From: Chlamydiota bacterium
GTDB lineage: Bacteria; Chlamydiota; Chlamydiia; Chlamydiales; FEN-1388
NCBI GenBank assembly: GCA_013287775.1
Contig: JABDDE010000004.1
Location: 2,232-66,231 of the forward strand
DNA: 64,000 bases
Reading direction: 5' to 3'
The notes under the pieces were generated by a model that was not told where the DNA came from, ran no database searches, and saw only the letters and a program-made list of their open reading frames with translations. Positions 60,957-64,000 of this stretch are shown here, one piece after another. Position numbers and translations under genes: made by a program. Positions within the stretch are counted from its first letter, which is position 1; each line of letters begins with the position of its first letter.

Positions 60957-62255
60957 TTACATCAGCTCGATTGCCAGCCCTGCAAGCTCGGAGCGCTCCG
61001 TCTTTTCTAAGAACATGTGCGTGAAAATAGGGTGATGAGAAAACTTGCCTACCGTATAGGTCAGTCCATTGGAGTTTTGATCGAGGTAGGGATTATCTAT
61101 CTGCGTAGGATCGCCTGCTAAGACCACCTTTGTATCTACGCCAGCGCGAGAAATAAAGGTTTTTAGCTCGTGTGGAGTCAGGTTTTGCGCCTCGTCAATA
61201 ATAATGAACATCTTGGGCAAAGAACGGCCTCGAATATAGGTCACAGCCTCCATTTCTATTTTTTTACTCTCTAAAATCCACTGGAGCGTATCTACGGGTT
61301 CATCACCAATTGATGCGGCAAGCAGCTCTAAGTTGTCGAAAATAGGTTGCATCCAGCTGGTGAGCTTTTCTTCTTTTGTTCCTGGCAAATACCCAATATC
61401 GCGCCCGAGAGGCACTATGGGGCGAGAGACGAGGATTTTTTTGTAGGAGCCTTCATCAAAGACCTTTCTCAGGGCACATGCAAGGGCAAGAAGGGTTTTG
61501 CCAGTGCCTGCTGGGCCAAGCAGCGTAACGAGCTTCACATCATCTCTGAGAAGCGCATCGATAGCACATTTTTGCTCAATGTTTCGCGGCTTTATACCCC
61601 AAAGAGGAGGAATTTTTACTAAGGGCTCGAGTTGTTTTTTAGTGCCGTTATAGTGTGCAACTGCTGAGGAATGCTCGGGACAAGAAAGGATAAAATATTC
61701 GTTCGGCCTCGCCTCTATATCTGGAACAAAGAGCTCTCCATCTTTATAAAAATGATCTATCTGCGTCTTTTCAAGCTCGAGAGTGCGTATACCACGTGCA
61801 ATTCCTTGATAAGAAAATTTTAAGTTTTCATAATCTTCTGCTTCTAAGCCTATAGCTTCGGCTTTGACGCGTGCAGCAAAATCCTTAGATACAAATACTA
61901 CCCGCTTACCCTGCTCAAACAGGTAATAGGCAGCCATGATAATTTTGTTGTCATTAACGGATAATGCAAAGCTTTTATTATAATCGCTCTTAATTTCCAT
62001 CAAGATGCGAATTGTCGCTTCATTATCGAGTGTAACACCCTTATGCAGATCGCCCTGTCCTTTTGATTTGCATGATTCAATAATACGAAGAGCACTTCGT
62101 GCACTCTTGCCGAGCTCTCCAGGTGTGCGCTTCAACTTATCAAGCTCTTCAAGCACCGTCACAGGAATAGCAACTTCATGCCGAGGAAACTTAAAAATGG
62201 ACTCTGGATCATGCAAGAGCACATTGGTGTCGATTACAAATACTTTTTCACTCAC
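60957..62255 (-). CDS. PhoH-family ATPase with an N-terminal PIN domain (PhoH2/YlaK-like)
   Basis: GTG start. PIN motif VFVIDTNVLLHDP. Walker A LLGPAGTGKT. IIIDEAQN. Confidence 0.85.
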   Translation of the reverse strand: MSEKVFVIDTNVLLHDPESIFKFPRHEVAIPVTVLEELDKLKRTPGELGKSARSALRIIESCKSKGQGDLHKGVTLDNEATIRILMEIKSDYNKSFALSVNDNKIIMAAYYLFEQGKRVVFVSKDFAARVKAEAIGLEAEDYENLKFSYQGIARGIRTLELEKTQIDHFYKDGELFVPDIEARPNEYFILSCPEHSSAVAHYNGTKKQLEPLVKIPPLWGIKPRNIEQKCAIDALLRDDVKLVTLLGPAGTGKTLLALACALRKVFDEGSYKKILVSRPIVPLGRDIGYLPGTKEEKLTSWMQPIFDNLELLAASIGDEPVDTLQWILESKKIEMEAVTYIRGRSLPKMFIIIDEAQNLTPHELKTFISRAGVDTKVVLAGDPTQIDNPYLDQNSNGLTYTVGKFSHHPIFTHMFLEKTERSELAGLAIELM

Positions 62256-62271
62256 AATGTTTTTTCATCCT

Positions 62272-62409
62272 GTTGTTGCTCTTCAGGCAACAATATTTGG
62301 GCCAGGCCGAAGGCCTGGCCACCCAGGGTTTAGTCGCCCCTTCGGGGCTTCTGCACCCTGGGCTATACACATTTCGGCCCTACGGGCCTTTACCAGGGCT
62401 ACGGCCTGG
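62272..62409. repeat. Cluster of five short GC-rich hairpins (T-family related)
   Basis: TTGTTGC-TCTTCA-GGCAACAA, GCCAGGCC-GAAG-GCCTGGC, CCCAGGG..(GCCCC-TTCG-GGGC)..CCCTGGG, GGCCC-TACG-GGCC, CCAGG-GCTACGG-CCTGG. Confidence 0.75.
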
Positions 62410-62599
62410 TTTCCTATATTAACAATCTCACTGAGTCCACCATACTATTTTCATTGTACCACGAATCCAAATTACAGTACCCAGGAAAAAAGGCTAGCCA
62501 AAAGGCAGCACAACTTGCGCAAAGCTTGCGACAAATTCATCTACAATGTTATTATTTCCACTACCACATTTTTTTGTGTAATAAAATAAAGGAGAAAAT

Positions 62600-64000
62600 A
62601 TGCAAGTAAATAACACAAACCCCACAGGTAGTAGCGCAACATATGCAGCTACATCCACTACACAGGGAACAGCGCTTGATGACACGTTTACAACTTTGTC
62701 GCAAGAACTGCAAAACCGTATAGAGGCACTCAACACGACCATTAGAGAAAATGGTACGGCATCAGCAATTGGCGAGCGTTTAAATGCAATTAAAAATTTT
62801 AATAATGAACAAGTAGCGCCTGCTATTGCTCGCTTTAAAGAAGATAAAAGCCTCAAGGCATACATCACATCCAAAGAAAATGCGCTCCGAGAGATTGCGC
62901 AGCAACCAGAAAAAGTGGGGACACTTGCAAAAAAAATAGCCAGCATGGGATTCCAACCAAAGTTTGCCCTTTCCCACTTTTCGTTCATGGCAGATCTTGA
63001 AGAGAGCCGCGTCCTCTATAGAATAAAATGTCTGCGTCATAGCACTGCAGCAGGCCGTGAGCTTCATGATATCCGAGAAATAGATAATAGACCAGCAGTA
63101 CGAGTAGACGGAGTGTGGATGACAGCTGAGGCCTTTCAAAGGCAAATACGCTTTGACACACCACGATATCGATATGTCACTAAGACAGATGAAGTCGAGG
63201 GTTGGAATTACATTTCTCCTGACGGCTTTGTACGCCGTGAGCGTAATGATTTTGAAAGGCTCTACCCTGTCGAAGAGATAAGCACCAGAGAATATAATAG
63301 CCTTTTTGCCCATGCCCAAACCTTCCATCTTAATGAATCAGCCCCTGAAGAAAACAGACATGTATTTCAGGTAGTGACGAGTGAAGTAGGCAACTGGTGT
63401 GACATGCCTGTGCCAAGAACACCGCTAACAACAAACCTCGTGAATAGTGCCCCTCGACATGTTTCGTGCCGTATTATTACTCCTCCGGGACGTGACGGAA
63501 AATCTAAAGTGTATTCTTTTGGTTTTCAGCAAGATCCTGTTGAAAGCTATTTTGCAATAGAGGCGCCAATACTTCACGCCGTAGGTACCACACGAGGTCG
63601 CTTTGGGACCTTGGATTGTGAGGATGCTCGGTTATTTGTCAACAGAACAGTGACGAGCCTTCCTCTTTCAGAAGAGGCTGCGCAGCGTGTATTTGACTTT
63701 GTCTATCGGACAAACCGAAACGTGACCAGCTTTAACTATGCAACTCGTAACTGTGCATATTTTGGAGGCCTTGTACTCAAACAAGCAGGCATTAATGTCA
63801 ACACCGCTCTTACTGTGGGGAATTTCTTTTCAAGGGTAGCTCCACCGCTTCACGCTATTCCTGTTGTTGGAAAGTCGCTTTCTTCAGTTATGTCAGGGGT
63901 ACAAAAAGCGTGTAGCACAGTGGCATCTTATCTGCCACGTACGCTACGTCCAATTGGTGGTTGGACACTTGGCACACTGGGAGCTGTTGCCGCCACATCG
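62600..64000 (+). CDS. Hypothetical protein, probable secreted effector (3' end beyond the window)
   Basis: ATG at 62600 preceded by AAAGGAG. My manual translation gives 467 codons without a stop to the window edge; the ORF is missing from the track because it is truncated. The N-terminus is Ser/Thr-rich with no signal peptide. The motif SFNYATRNCAYFGGLVLKQAGINV is present. Confidence 0.55.
   Translation, partial: MQVNNTNPTGSSATYAATSTTQGTALDDTFTTLSQELQNRIEALNTTIRENGTASAIGERLNAIKNFNNEQVAPAIARFKEDKSLKAYITSKENALREIAQQPEKVGTLAKKIASMGFQPKFALSHFSFMADLEESRVLYRIKCLRHSTAAGRELHDIREIDNRPAVRVDGVWMTAEAFQRQIRFDTPRYRYVTKTDEVEGWNYISPDGFVRRERNDFERLYPVEEISTREYNSLFAHAQTFHLNESAPEENRHVFQVVTSEVGNWCDMPVPRTPLTTNLVNSAPRHVSCRIITPPGRDGKSKVYSFGFQQDPVESYFAIEAPILHAVGTTRGRFGTLDCEDARLFVNRTVTSLPLSEEAAQRVFDFVYRTNRNVTSFNYATRNCAYFGGLVLKQAGINVNTALTVGNFFSRVAPPLHAIPVVGKSLSSVMSGVQKACSTVASYLPRTLRPIGGWTLGTLGAVAATS

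Noticed and set aside
62494-63328. Minus-strand ORFs 62494-62988 and 62780-63328.
   Set aside because: They are antisense to a 467-codon open plus-strand frame that starts at 62600 with a good RBS and runs off the window. Their translations are low-complexity.
1-64000. tRNA, rRNA, tmRNA or RNase P genes.
   Set aside because: Scanning the intergenic regions by eye revealed no cloverleaf with the conserved GTTC-type T-loop and matching acceptor stem, and no rRNA-like conserved blocks. tRNAscan-SE/Infernal should confirm this.

Overview
This window reads as chromosomal DNA from an environmental (non-Chlamydiaceae) member of the Chlamydiota; this is inferred from gene content only.

Core and secretion genes:
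- A type III secretion block: sctQ encoded as two ORFs, a pkn5-like Ser/Thr kinase, and a divergently transcribed sctC secretin.
- A ytgABCD-type metal ABC transporter, dsbD-tolQ, a plant-type fabI, a tgt + yhhQ-like pair and a type II secretion pseudopilin operon.
- Housekeeping genes: accA, hemH, folB, ubiX/ubiA, ispF, tatD, phoH-PIN, a CDF transporter, IHF/HU and an L,D-transpeptidase.

Eukaryote-like putative effectors:
- Three F-box-like/LRR proteins.
- A 1022-aa ankyrin protein.
- Two tandem FG-GAP-like propeller proteins.
- A secreted caspase-like protease.

Addiction/defence-type modules:
- AbiEi/AbiEii.
- A three-gene AbrB-like / RelE-ParE-like / HigA-like module.
- An AAA+ (DUF4143-type) ATPase.

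I found no rRNA, tRNA or CRISPR array.

The most unusual content is non-coding. By my own coordinate tally, roughly 5-6 kb of intergenic DNA is built from a small set of modular, hairpin-forming repeat families:
- A 17-bp-stem hairpin family with at least 12 copies.
- GC-rich nested palindromes, including a 3x tandem expansion.
- An approximately 0.85-kb giant palindrome.
- A ~120-nt three-way-junction core with compensatory stem substitutions between copies.

These repeats sit at most junctions between conserved operons and accessory or effector genes. One of them marks a ~5.7-kb insertion that splits the ytg operon.

Technical note: the ORF track prints TTG/GTG starts as M and omits ORFs truncated by the window edge. 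I therefore re-set several starts and added two edge-truncated CDSs (2-797 minus, 62600-64000 plus). All homology calls are from motif recognition by eye, not from searches.
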